From the NCBI GenBank assembly GCA_964444385.1, contig CAYUHD010000003.1, positions 1 through 55,864 of the forward strand: DNA of 55,864 nt. Reading direction: 5' to 3'. Shown one piece after another: positions 28,032-37,363 of this stretch. A program made the translations under genes and the position numbers. The DNA is from an uncultured Gammaproteobacteria bacterium. Its GTDB lineage: Bacteria > Pseudomonadota > Gammaproteobacteria > Magnimaribacterales > D2472. The notes below the pieces were generated by a model. The model was not told the DNA's origin and made no database searches. It saw nothing but the letters and a program-made list of their open reading frames with translations. The number at the start of each line of letters is the position of its first letter. Positions within the stretch are counted from its first letter, which is position 1.

Positions 28032-28922
28032 CTAGGAATCTAGTTGATCCATATTTTTAATTGCCTTTTCCATTTGCCTTTCTCGAGTGGCATGCTCGTT
28101 CACAGCTTTTAACATAGCATCAGCTTTTTTCTGAAGATCTTCAGTAGATCCGCCAAAATTTAAAAACTCTTTTTTAAGTTTGCCAAACTCTTTCATTATT
28201 TCACTTGCTCTTTCATTAAGGGCAAGTGTCCTAAAGCCCATGTGAACACTAATAAGGTAAGCCGCAAGAGAGTTGGGGCCCATGATTAACACTCTGTTGT
28301 CTCGAAATATTTCTTCTCTTAAGCTTTCTATTGAATCAATAAGCTGCATAAGAGATTCACTTGGTATGTACATGACTCCAAGCTCCACAGTTATCCCTGC
28401 TTGTATGTATTTTGTATTAATATCTTTTGCATCGCCGATGACATGCCGTTTAATATCATCCTTTGATTTTTTTACCAGTTGCTGGTCTCTTGCTTCGATG
28501 GCAAGCAGATAGTTATCAAACAGACCTGAAGGAAATTTTGCATCTATGGGCAACAACAAGCCCTCAGGCAACTTAATCGCAAACTCAACTCTCTTTCCTG
28601 AGCCCGGGATAACTTCAGCATTTGAAGAGAATTGATTGGGGTGAAAGATATCTTTAATGATTGCCTCAAGCGACCACTCACCAAACTTACCGGCTAAGGT
28701 GCCACCAGATAAATATCGATTGAGTTTATTTAACGGATCTTGAAAAGATTGGATGTCCTTTGTTAAATCAAACAAAGTTGCTTCCTGTCGCTCAACAGCC
28801 TTATCTAGATCTCTAAGAGACTCTTTTGAGTCTATGCTTTTAGAGCCATCTTTAATATTTAAATAGATTAAGAACCCCAAAAGAAGGATTATTGCTATTA
28901 AAAGAATCCATATATATGTCAC
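28032..28922 (-). CDS. rmuC: DNA recombination protein RmuC homologue (short form)
   Basis: N-terminal TM helix, a coiled-coil, and an RmuC-type C-terminal domain (VEFAIKLP..LPIDAKFP..MYIPSE..IMGPNSLAAYL). Confidence 0.75.
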   Translation of the reverse strand: MTYIWILLIAIILLLGFLIYLNIKDGSKSIDSKESLRDLDKAVERQEATLFDLTKDIQSFQDPLNKLNRYLSGGTLAGKFGEWSLEAIIKDIFHPNQFSSNAEVIPGSGKRVEFAIKLPEGLLLPIDAKFPSGLFDNYLLAIEARDQQLVKKSKDDIKRHVIGDAKDINTKYIQAGITVELGVMYIPSESLMQLIDSIESLREEIFRDNRVLIMGPNSLAAYLISVHMGFRTLALNERASEIMKEFGKLKKEFLNFGGSTEDLQKKADAMLKAVNEHATRERQMEKAIKNMDQLDS

Positions 28923-28971
28923 TTATAAATTTATCCTATAAAATATATTTACTAATATACCCAATGATACT

Positions 28972-30174
28972 ATGGATGAATCTCTAGAATCTAAATTCGT
29001 CACTTTAAAAGCTAAAAGCCTAAAGATTGATTTAACACGAGGCAAACCTGGCTCAGATCAGTTAGATCTTTCAAATGAACTTTTGAGCTCGAATGTGCCA
29101 GTCGAGAGCTCAAGTGGGGTGGATGTTCGAAATTATGGTGATCCGTTGGGCATACCTGAGGCTAGAGAGCTTGGATCAGAGCTGCTTTCGGCGCCTCTAG
29201 AAAACACTTTGGTTGGAGAGCAATCTAGTTTACTTCTTATTTACCAGCTTATTCTTGCAAATTATCTTTTTGGCTTAGAAACGCCCTGGAAGACCCAATC
29301 AAATTTAAAGTTTATTTGTCCCGTTCCGGGTTTTGATAGACATTTCAGGCTATTAGATGATTTTGGTATAGAAATGTTGTCCGTTCCTTTAACTGGATCT
29401 GGGGTAGATATTAATAAATTTAAAGAGCTGCTAGCAGAACATAAAAATATAAAAGGGATCTTATGTGTTCCACGTCATTCAAATCCGACCGGAGACATCT
29501 ATACAGATGAAAATATTTCTCAGCTATTAGAAGCAGGAAAGACCTATTCACATGAATTTCTATTTATATTTGATCATGCTTATTTATTGCATGATTTCTT
29601 ACCTTCAATTGATCAAACATCTTCATGGGATCTAGCCAAGAAAAATGATGCTTTGGATCAAACAGCAATATTTTGCTCTTTCTCAAAGGTAACCTTTGGA
29701 GGGGGCGGATTATCTTTTGCTGCCGCTGGAACTAAGCTTTTCAATCTATTGGTTAGACAAAGAGCTTCTATGATCGTTTGTTCAGATAAAGTAAATCAGT
29801 TACGTCATCTTGGATTTCTTAAAAACAAGGATGATGTCTTGAGTCATATGAGCAAGCATGCAGATCTAGTAAGACCAAAATTTGAAGTAGCTTTTCATGC
29901 TTTAGACGCGCTGAACCCTGAGATAGGTGACTACAAGAAGCCAACTGGTGGATATTTTATTTCTTACAATACTAATAAGCCTATTGCTAAAAGAGTGATA
30001 GCACTTTGTGAAGAAGCTGGGGTTTTAATAACGCCTGCTGGGTCTACTTACCCACACTTTAATGATCCACAAGACTCTAATATTAGATTAGCGCCAACTT
30101 TTTTGGGTTTAGATGATTTAGAAGAAGCCATGGAAGTCTTTACTACAGCTTTACAAATAGCTTTTGAGGAGTAG
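28972..30174 (+). CDS. PLP-dependent aminotransferase (class I/II fold, aspartate-aminotransferase-like)
   Basis: TRGKPGSDQLDLS N-terminal motif, PRHSNPTG, and the candidate PLP-lysine segment SFSKVTFGGGG. Substrate is not assignable. Confidence 0.7.
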   Translation: MDESLESKFVTLKAKSLKIDLTRGKPGSDQLDLSNELLSSNVPVESSSGVDVRNYGDPLGIPEARELGSELLSAPLENTLVGEQSSLLLIYQLILANYLFGLETPWKTQSNLKFICPVPGFDRHFRLLDDFGIEMLSVPLTGSGVDINKFKELLAEHKNIKGILCVPRHSNPTGDIYTDENISQLLEAGKTYSHEFLFIFDHAYLLHDFLPSIDQTSSWDLAKKNDALDQTAIFCSFSKVTFGGGGLSFAAAGTKLFNLLVRQRASMIVCSDKVNQLRHLGFLKNKDDVLSHMSKHADLVRPKFEVAFHALDALNPEIGDYKKPTGGYFISYNTNKPIAKRVIALCEEAGVLITPAGSTYPHFNDPQDSNIRLAPTFLGLDDLEEAMEVFTTALQIAFEE

Positions 30175-30175
30175 C

Positions 30176-30520
30176 TTAGTTTACAGCCCTTGATAGTGGT
30201 ATAAATTTACCGTCCTCAAAGTGAGAAAATAGATTTTTAATTTCTGGATGTTTGGGCAATTCTTCAGACAAATCATTTAAAAGGTTTTGTTCCGATACGT
30301 AGGCAACATAAAAGATATGTCCATTTTCGGCAAAGAGATGATAAAAGGGTTGATCTTTTCTGGGGCGGATCGAGGTCGGGATGGATTCATACCATTCTTC
30401 GGTATTATTAAATTCTGGATCAACATCAAAGATGACCCCACGAAAATTAAGGAAGCGATGTTTCACAATTGCCCCGATAGCAAATTTTGTTTCAACTAGC
30501 TCTTGTTTTATATTATCCAT
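30176..30520 (-). CDS. hspQ: Heat shock protein HspQ (YccV hemimethylated-DNA-binding domain)
   Basis: KFAIGAIVKHRFLNFRGVIFDVDPEF and PFYHLF..YVSEQNL align with E. coli HspQ. Confidence 0.8.
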   Translation of the reverse strand: MDNIKQELVETKFAIGAIVKHRFLNFRGVIFDVDPEFNNTEEWYESIPTSIRPRKDQPFYHLFAENGHIFYVAYVSEQNLLNDLSEELPKHPEIKNLFSHFEDGKFIPLSRAVN

Positions 30521-30558
30521 ATAATTTATTTAATCATATCAAATTTTTGGACCAAACC

Positions 30559-30876
30559 ATGTTAGTAACCAGCACCCCATCTATAGAAGGAGAAAAAATT
30601 AACTCTTATTTGGGGATTGTTATGGGCAGTACAGTAAGGGCGCGACACCTTGGCACAGATATATTGGCAACTCTAAAAAATATAGTTGGAGGCGAGCTAA
30701 AAAGCTATTCAATTCTCTTAACAGCAGCAAGAAAAGAAGCTATGGAGAGGATGATAGCCCATGCTGAAGAGTTGGGCGCAGATGCTGTAGTCAATTTTAG
30801 ATATGAAACCTCAACCATTGCAGCTGCTGCTTCAGAGGTGATTGCATACGGGACGGCCGTAAAATTTGAAAATTGA
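30559..30876 (+). CDS. ybjQ: YbjQ/UPF0145 family protein
   Basis: The ATG at 30559 gives a 105-aa protein with TTPSIEG..I..YLGIV.G, AR..A..RM and YGTAV signatures of UPF0145. Confidence 0.8.
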   Translation: MLVTSTPSIEGEKINSYLGIVMGSTVRARHLGTDILATLKNIVGGELKSYSILLTAARKEAMERMIAHAEELGADAVVNFRYETSTIAAAASEVIAYGTAVKFEN

Positions 30877-31495
30877 TTCAATAAAAGTTTTTGGTGAGCG
30901 GCATAGCGGGACCAATGCTGTTGGTTTTTTTGCAGGTAAAAATTTTAACTTAAATTTCAAGCATTATGATTTCTTGGGTTGGAAGCATCGACTTGCTCCT
31001 AAGAAAGAAGAATGGTCAAAATTTGATGTGCAGAGCTGTTTATTTATTTTTTGTATTCGCAATCCCTATTCATGGATTAAAGCTATGTATAGAGAACCTT
31101 ATTATGACCATTACCCAAAAATAAAAGATTTACCTTTAGATGAATTTATTCAATTCTCAATTGAAGACTATGAGAATTGTATTGCTATGTGGAATCAAAA
31201 GAATGATTCTTATATAAGAATGTCAAAGGAGGTTCCCAATTCAATTATTATAAATGTTGAAGATTTTCATAGTAATCAAAGCAAATTTCATGCAAGCTTA
31301 GGTAGCCTGTTGAATAAAAAAGATTTGCCACTAATTGAAATGAATGATTATGTAAATGGAAGAGGGTGGCATAAACAAAAAGATATTACATCTTCTTTGC
31401 AGGTACCCAGGTTGGATAGAGAACTTATAGAGAGTATTAACTCTTCTTTATCTGAAGAAACCATGAAAAAATGTAAATATAAACTACTTAAATAA
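30866..31495 (+). CDS. Hypothetical protein, sulfotransferase-like
   Basis: GERHSGTN resembles the 5'-phosphosulfate-binding loop, and IRNPYSWIKAMY resembles the 3'-phosphate-binding RNPxD..S.Y motif of PAPS sulfotransferases. There is no other recognisable family signature. TTG start overlaps the ybjQ stop. Confidence 0.45.
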   Translation: MKIDSIKVFGERHSGTNAVGFFAGKNFNLNFKHYDFLGWKHRLAPKKEEWSKFDVQSCLFIFCIRNPYSWIKAMYREPYYDHYPKIKDLPLDEFIQFSIEDYENCIAMWNQKNDSYIRMSKEVPNSIIINVEDFHSNQSKFHASLGSLLNKKDLPLIEMNDYVNGRGWHKQKDITSSLQVPRLDRELIESINSSLSEETMKKCKYKLLK

Positions 31496-31507
31496 ACTGA
31501 GATACAA

Positions 31508-31732
31508 ATGAATAAAACTGAAAAAACAGCCTTTAGAGAAAGCGTCATTGTAGTAATGATGGGCATGGTTATTAACTTCCCCCTACAAACATTCTTGCTT
31601 TGGCTCACCATAGATAATTGGAGCTGGACCAATACTTTATCGATTTCTATTTTTATTCAAATCATCATTACCCTAGTAGCATTGGTTAGGGTTTTTTCAA
31701 TTCGGATGAGATTTACGAGGGGTAAATTCTAA
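31508..31732 (+). CDS. Small hypothetical membrane protein (two predicted TM helices)
   Basis: A 74-aa ORF with two hydrophobic stretches (VIVVMMGMVINFPLQTFLLWL, LSISIFIQIIITLVALV) and a basic C-terminus. No family was recognised. Confidence 0.4.
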   Translation: MNKTEKTAFRESVIVVMMGMVINFPLQTFLLWLTIDNWSWTNTLSISIFIQIIITLVALVRVFSIRMRFTRGKF

Positions 31733-33153
31733 GAATTTTTTAGCAAAAGTTTTTCTTTTATTTTTGCATGTGACTCTTTAGTAATTTTATATCTTGCATA
31801 AAAGAAAACAGCAATTAATCCCCAGATCATTGCAAATGGCCCATCAATTAGCCCTAAATTAAAAAGAATCTCTTCTGGTATCTTGCCAGGTACTGCGTTC
31901 CCAGGAAAAGCAATGAAATCAAGCGCAACCCCGGCTATTACATGGCCTATTCCATTTGATGTTTTGCTAAAAAAAGCTCGAGCTGCATAAAAAACCCCTT
32001 CTTGCCTGATGCCGGTGTTGAGCTCATGCTCATCTGCAATATCTGCTAAGGCAGACATGACACTAATGTGCAATATAGAACCACTTGCTGATGCAATAGA
32101 CCCTAAAAAAATAATCATGAAAACTATTTCCCAAGAGCCTCGCTCAGGAGCAAATCCTAGCAACGCAATATTAGCAGACGCAGACCAGAAAATAGTGAGC
32201 CCAATAACTGAGGCCACAATCACAATTGGTTTATCAAATCTTTGATGGAGTTTTGCTGTGGCTATAAATCCAAAGGCATAGCCAATAATATTATTAATAA
32301 TAAGCCATCCAATTTGCAGAGGAGACAATTCCCAAAAAAAAGTACCCATATAAATAGCTAGAGTTTCATGTGTGCCAATGAGCATAGAAAGAAAGAACAA
32401 TCCAGCCAGCAAACGAGCATAGTTTCTATTACTAATGGCCCCAATAATATCCTTAAATAAATCTATAATTTTGACCCGTGATTCATTTCTAGAGGGTTGT
32501 TTTAAATAAGGAATCCGGTCTTTGGTGAAGTAGGCCGAGGAGAGGATACACAATGAAATTAAAACCATACTAAAGATTGCTATAGGCGTATATGATTCCT
32601 GATAGAGCTGCCCAATTTTTTCTCCCGCAAAAAACGGAAAGATTAAAAACCAAACAAATATATGCATGATAATTACACCCATATATCCAAAGAGGTTGTT
32701 GTAGCTCATAACTCTGCTGCGTTCAAAATAATCATCAGATAGTTCAGCTCCCAAAGCTAGATGGGGTACTGCAAACAAAGTAATGCTCAGTCTTAGTAAG
32801 ATAGTAGAAAAAGTGAGCCAGCCAAAGAGACCATATTCAGAAAGACCAATGGGCGGAAAAAACATTAAGTAAATTGCTATGACTGTTGGAAAAGGAGCAA
32901 CAAACATGAACGGATGTCTGCGCCCAAGCTTAGAGACAAATCGATCTGAAATGGAACCTATTACAGGATCAGAAATTGCATCAAAAATGATGGCAATTAA
33001 TACTGCTAGACCTGTTAGTGATCCTGAAAGGCCCAGGACTTGATTGTAAAAAAAGAAGGTGAGAGCAGCAAAGATCCAGTTGGTTGCACCTTCGCCTGTG
33101 GCGCCTATCCCAAAAGCTAATTTTGTTTTGAGTGTTAGTTTTTTTGAGTTCAA
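31729..33153 (-). CDS. MFS transporter, glycoside-pentoside-hexuronide:cation symporter (GPH/MelB-like) family
   Basis: A 474-aa, roughly 12-TM protein with N-terminal KLAFGIGATGEG, DAISDPVIGSISDR (GPH signature D-x-x-x-D-P..G..SDR), and GRRHPFM. Confidence 0.75.
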   Translation of the reverse strand: MNSKKLTLKTKLAFGIGATGEGATNWIFAALTFFFYNQVLGLSGSLTGLAVLIAIIFDAISDPVIGSISDRFVSKLGRRHPFMFVAPFPTVIAIYLMFFPPIGLSEYGLFGWLTFSTILLRLSITLFAVPHLALGAELSDDYFERSRVMSYNNLFGYMGVIIMHIFVWFLIFPFFAGEKIGQLYQESYTPIAIFSMVLISLCILSSAYFTKDRIPYLKQPSRNESRVKIIDLFKDIIGAISNRNYARLLAGLFFLSMLIGTHETLAIYMGTFFWELSPLQIGWLIINNIIGYAFGFIATAKLHQRFDKPIVIVASVIGLTIFWSASANIALLGFAPERGSWEIVFMIIFLGSIASASGSILHISVMSALADIADEHELNTGIRQEGVFYAARAFFSKTSNGIGHVIAGVALDFIAFPGNAVPGKIPEEILFNLGLIDGPFAMIWGLIAVFFYARYKITKESHAKIKEKLLLKNS

Positions 33154-33208
33154 GCTGATCCTTTTAATTTATTCTAGCCTTGAAAGCCTGGTTAGGTAAA
33201 ATAACTTG

Positions 33209-33997
33209 ATGCAATTAAAAATGTACCAAGTAGATGCTTTTACAACTAAATTATTTTCAGGGAATCCTGCCGCAGTTGTAGTCTTAGAATCTCCGCTTGC
33301 AGATAGTATTATGCAATCAATTGCATCGGAAAATAATCTTTCTGAAACAGCTTTCATAAGCATTAATGAAAGCCCGATACTCATTAGATGGTTTACCCCA
33401 TCCATTGAAGTTAATCTTTGTGGGCATGCTACCTTAGCAAGTGCACGAATCCTTTTTGAGCATTATCCTGATCTCGTTGGTAATGAAATTAATTTTGATT
33501 CAAAAAGCGGAAGCTTAAAGGTAACAAAAAACGAAGAAACCCTTAGCCTTAATTTTCCAGTAGATCGGCCCACTCTTTTAGAGCCTGATCCATTTTTTTT
33601 AGAAATATTAGGCAATGAACCAATAGAATTACTCAGAGGCAAAGATGACTATTTAGCAATTTTTAAGAATCAGAACCAAATTGAAAAGATGCAACCAAAT
33701 TTTCAACTTCTCTCAGAAATAAATTCACGAGGAATAGTAATATCTGCTCCAGGCGATAATGTAGACTTTGTTTCAAGGTGTTTTTACCCAGAAGTGGGCA
33801 TTGAAGAGGACCCGGTTACTGGATCAGCTCATACTATGCTAACTCCTTATTGGGCTAACCAATTAAAAAAGGAGGATCTTGAAGCGCATCAGCTCTCTAA
33901 AAGAGGCGGGAAACTTAATTGTAGATTAGCTAATGATCGAGTATTTATTTCAGGTAGCAGCGCTATTTATTTTGATGGAATCATTTCTATTGTTTAA
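33209..33997 (+). CDS. PhzF family phenazine-biosynthesis-like isomerase
   Basis: YQVDAFT..F.GNPAAVV N-terminus, ETAF, CGHATLA, and EDPVTGSAH motifs. The start is ATG at 33209 or 33221. Confidence 0.85.
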   Translation: MQLKMYQVDAFTTKLFSGNPAAVVVLESPLADSIMQSIASENNLSETAFISINESPILIRWFTPSIEVNLCGHATLASARILFEHYPDLVGNEINFDSKSGSLKVTKNEETLSLNFPVDRPTLLEPDPFFLEILGNEPIELLRGKDDYLAIFKNQNQIEKMQPNFQLLSEINSRGIVISAPGDNVDFVSRCFYPEVGIEEDPVTGSAHTMLTPYWANQLKKEDLEAHQLSKRGGKLNCRLANDRVFISGSSAIYFDGIISIV

Positions 33998-34028
33998 ACT
34001 TTAACTTTATTAATTTTGGAGAAAATTT

Positions 34029-34400
34029 ATGGCTACTTATATTGTTTATGCGTTGTTGCTTGCTATTGTTCAAATTTGGATTGTGCCCGCAGCCTTTAAT
34101 AAGAAAAATTTTTCTTGGCTGACCTCAAATAGAGATGAGCCAATGCCTCATGAGCTTTCAGTTATGGGGGGAAGGGCTGCTAGGGCAAGTAAAAATTTGC
34201 AAGAAAGTCTTCCAGCTTTTTTAGCGTTAGCTTTGTTGTCTATACATTTATCTGTTGATGTAACAGGATTGGCTTGTTGGTGGTTAGTCCTAAGAGTTGG
34301 CCATCTTATTGCATATATTGCAGGCGTAGCTTTAGTTAGAACATTGTTATGGGCTGGCTCTATTGTTTCATTAGTTATGATGGCTTTAGCATTGGTATAA
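34029..34400 (+). CDS. MAPEG family membrane protein
   Basis: A 123-aa, 3-4 TM protein. The RAARASKNLQESLPAFLALALL segment resembles the MAPEG (YecN-like) core. Confidence 0.6.
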   Translation: MATYIVYALLLAIVQIWIVPAAFNKKNFSWLTSNRDEPMPHELSVMGGRAARASKNLQESLPAFLALALLSIHLSVDVTGLACWWLVLRVGHLIAYIAGVALVRTLLWAGSIVSLVMMALALV

Positions 34401-34420
34401 CTTAAAACAATCTATTTTTT

Positions 34421-34451
34421 AAAACAAAGGGGGCAAAGCCCCCTTTGTTAG
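34421..34451. terminator. Bidirectional Rho-independent terminator (GC-rich hairpin)
   Basis: ACAAAGGGGGC-AAA-GCCCCCTTTGT (34424-34448) forms a perfect 11-bp stem. It is flanked by an A-run on the left and T-rich sequence on the right, and lies between the convergent MAPEG and oxidoreductase genes. Confidence 0.75.
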
Positions 34452-34474
34452 TTAGAATAAAAACATTATTCTAA
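34452..34474. terminator. Second, AT-rich hairpin next to the terminator
   Basis: TTAGAATAA-AAACA-TTATTCTAA has perfect 9-bp arms. It lies 10 nt downstream of the stop of the minus-strand gene. Its stability is low, so its function is uncertain. Confidence 0.3.
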
Positions 34475-34483
34475 AATTTCTTA

Positions 34484-35596
34484 TTAACTATTTGGGTTAA
34501 TTAAAAATTTTTCTCCTGTAGCCTGTTTTGCATAAACCATTAAAGCCTCTAGAGTTAAAGCTCCTTCCAATGAAACTTCTTGGGTGTAATTACTAGCAAA
34601 AGTGGTTTTAATTTCATTGGCTACACGTGACTGAAGTTCACCAACTTTTTCAAAACCAACTTTTCCAAGAAAAGAAGTTAAGAGAAATCCACCGATACCC
34701 CAGTACATTCCAAAGGTTCTGTTATTGGGTAGAGTGATACCCGATTGATTGAGAGCTCCATATATATAAATCTGTTTGTGCTCGGTTGATCCATAGGGGC
34801 TATATTCTGTAGCATTTTGTCTGGCTGCAACTTCCATACATGCAAGGATTTTTCCAGCCAATTCACCGCCGCCAGTTGCATCAAATGCAAGAGTGGCCTT
34901 TGTTTCAAGAATCGCTGAAGTTAGCTGTTCCTTAAAATCATCATCTGAAGTATTGCAGACAAATTTAGCGCCAATAGATTTTAATAAATCAACGTGTTCT
35001 TGCTTGCGAACTACATTAATAAGCTCAACGCCATCATCTAAACATATTTTGACAAGCATTTGACCTAAGTTTGATGCTGCAGCTGTATGAACAAGCGCCG
35101 AGTGTCCCTCCGCTTTCATTGTTTCAACCATTGCAAGAGCCGTTAGCGGATTTACGAAACTTGATGCGCAATCTCTGGGCTCAGTCCCCTCATTCATAAC
35201 CATACAACTTGCCGCAGGTAGACTCCTGTATTGAGAATACATGCCGCCACCAACAACGCTTACAACTTTACCCATTAATTCCTGAGCATTTGTACCAGCC
35301 TCAATAACAACTCCTGAACCCTCATTTCCAACTGGCATGGGGATATTAAGTCTTGGTTTCATTGCTCCCATAATAGCTTTAGGAACATCCATAGTAATTT
35401 TTGAGTCTTCAACTTGAAGCGTATTTATGTCACCAGGCCCAAGTAAAAGCCCTAAGTCTGATGGATTAATGGGCGTTGCCTCAATTTGAATTAATACTTC
35501 ATCATCTCCTGGAACTGGGCGCTCAGATTCAGTGATGGCTATTTCAAGTTTTCCTTGATCTGTAACGGTAGAAGTAATTTGTTTATTTATACTCAT
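34484..35596 (-). CDS. Medium-chain dehydrogenase/reductase (NADPH:quinone oxidoreductase-like)
   Basis: GroES-like N-terminal domain (PVPGDDEVLIQIEATPINPSD), a Rossmann region (ALVHTAAASNLGQML), and 370-aa length. Confidence 0.75.
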   Translation of the reverse strand: MSINKQITSTVTDQGKLEIAITESERPVPGDDEVLIQIEATPINPSDLGLLLGPGDINTLQVEDSKITMDVPKAIMGAMKPRLNIPMPVGNEGSGVVIEAGTNAQELMGKVVSVVGGGMYSQYRSLPAASCMVMNEGTEPRDCASSFVNPLTALAMVETMKAEGHSALVHTAAASNLGQMLVKICLDDGVELINVVRKQEHVDLLKSIGAKFVCNTSDDDFKEQLTSAILETKATLAFDATGGGELAGKILACMEVAARQNATEYSPYGSTEHKQIYIYGALNQSGITLPNNRTFGMYWGIGGFLLTSFLGKVGFEKVGELQSRVANEIKTTFASNYTQEVSLEGALTLEALMVYAKQATGEKFLINPNS

Positions 35597-35691
35597 TTTA
35601 TCTCCTTAAAGTAATAGATAGTAATATATACAAAGAACTATACATCTTAGAGCATGCTTTAAGTCAAGCAATAGTATTAAAAAAATTTATT

Positions 35692-36837
35692 ATGCAGAAT
35701 TACTCTGATCATATAGGCATAGTAGGAGGAGGAATAGCAGGCCTAACTCTAGGTTGCGCTCTTTTAAAAGAGGGTATACCAGCAGTTATTTTTGAAAAAT
35801 CTCCAGAAGAAACTTCTCATGGGGCTGCAATCAGCATGTCTCAAAATGCATTATGTCTTTTGGGCAGGCTGGATATTTTTAACGACTTAAGAGATCAATC
35901 ATATGTCCACTCAAAAGCATCTATTCAAGGACCTAAAAAACCCATATGCACATTTAACACCCCTTCTGTATTAACCACGCACAGAGAAGTGTTAATGACG
36001 CTCTTGGTGAATCGATACTTAAGCCTGGGAGGAGAAATTTTTTATGATCATGCGATCACAGGTTTTGATCAAACTAAATGTGAGGCCAGATTTCATAACA
36101 ATGAAAAATATATTGTGAGTCATTTGGCAGCATGTGATGGTATTCGATCTTCAATACGAGATACTTTTTTTACTTCTAATCAAAAGCCAAAGTATAGTGG
36201 TTATAGTGCATGGAGAGGCATAGGAAAATCAAATCTTCAAGATATTCATTTTGCACTTGGACCCAATAGTCATATTGTGAGCTATCCAATTAACCATGAT
36301 GGAGATGTAAGTTTTGTAGCAGTCGCAAAGGAGGAACTGCAATTTAAAGAGTCTTGGAAAGAAGAGGGTTCTTATAAAGGTTTACTAGACGATTTCTCTA
36401 TTTATGATTCAAGTATTTTTCCAGATCTTGATGATTCTAAATCACTGCACAAATGGGGTATTTATATTCGACCCGCACTGAAATCTATGGTGTCTGAAAA
36501 TATAACTTTGCTCGGTGATGCTGCCCATCCAATGGTTCCATTCTTAGGGCAGGGTGCATGCATGGCAATTGAAGATGCATGCTCATTTGCAATGGTCTGC
36601 AAAAAAAATATTGGTAACTTTACAGATGCTCAAAGCACATATGATTTTGTAAGGACCAAGCGAACCAAAAAAATTCAACGGCTTTCAATGATGCAAGGCA
36701 AAATTTACCATATGAAAAATCCAGTGTTGGTAGCAGCAAGAAATGCTGTAATGAAATACACAGATTTTCCTGGAAATAATTTAAAAAGGATTCATGACCA
36801 CGATGCTCATGACGAAATCAATATTTATAGAAAGTGA
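35692..36837 (+). CDS. FAD-dependent aromatic-ring monooxygenase (salicylate hydroxylase / UbiH-like)
   Basis: GXGXXG dinucleotide motif IVGGGIAGLTLG, CDGIRS, and LLGDAAHPMVPFLGQGACMAIEDA signatures. Confidence 0.85.
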   Translation: MQNYSDHIGIVGGGIAGLTLGCALLKEGIPAVIFEKSPEETSHGAAISMSQNALCLLGRLDIFNDLRDQSYVHSKASIQGPKKPICTFNTPSVLTTHREVLMTLLVNRYLSLGGEIFYDHAITGFDQTKCEARFHNNEKYIVSHLAACDGIRSSIRDTFFTSNQKPKYSGYSAWRGIGKSNLQDIHFALGPNSHIVSYPINHDGDVSFVAVAKEELQFKESWKEEGSYKGLLDDFSIYDSSIFPDLDDSKSLHKWGIYIRPALKSMVSENITLLGDAAHPMVPFLGQGACMAIEDACSFAMVCKKNIGNFTDAQSTYDFVRTKRTKKIQRLSMMQGKIYHMKNPVLVAARNAVMKYTDFPGNNLKRIHDHDAHDEINIYRK

Positions 36838-36858
36838 AGAAAAATATTAAAGGGCTTT

Positions 36859-37344
36859 CTAATCTATATTTGGAAGATCATCATAATTTAAACCCGCATA
36901 AGGGAGCTGCTCAGCGATTGCATCTGGATGAACAACTGAAATTACTATATCGCTTCCGTAATCTCCTCTAAAAAATTGACCCAATCCTGTGGTTGGGGTG
37001 ATATGTATCGTGGCAAACCTTCCTTCTTTTGAGTATACCAGTGAAATTTCTTCTGCAACTTTAGAGCTTATCAAAAGCCAACCAGTTTCAGGAGTGGCAT
37101 TACCATAAAATATTAAGTTTTCTGCCGGACTATAGCTTGATTCTAAGACGATTCTTCCTGAAACAGAATTGCCTGTTCCCAGGACCACAGTTGGTTCCTT
37201 AATAATTTCAGAATTTTTTGGTATTGGAAAATCTGAAAGCAAATAACCAATTATTTTTCTTTGGTTTACCTGGTACTCATTAACAAAAAGTGTGCAACTT
37301 GATACAAAACCAAGAATTAGTAAAGAAGTAATTAAATTTTTCAT
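36859..37344 (-). CDS. Hypothetical lipoprotein
   Basis: Signal peptide with lipobox LGFVSSC. No recognisable domain. Confidence 0.5.
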   Translation of the reverse strand: MKNLITSLLILGFVSSCTLFVNEYQVNQRKIIGYLLSDFPIPKNSEIIKEPTVVLGTGNSVSGRIVLESSYSPAENLIFYGNATPETGWLLISSKVAEEISLVYSKEGRFATIHITPTTGLGQFFRGDYGSDIVISVVHPDAIAEQLPYAGLNYDDLPNID

Positions 37345-37363
37345 ATATAAATTTTATCCTAAA

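Noticed and set aside
35647-35655. The 9-mer TTAGAGCAT is shared between the 35646 palindrome and copy B of the 35-bp repeat (41187-41195). This could hint at a common operator for the MarR regulator.
   Set aside because: A single 9-mer recurrence in a 56-kb AT-rich window, counting both strands, is close to chance expectation. Copy A has TTGGAGCAT instead, and the repeat context is not dyad-symmetric.
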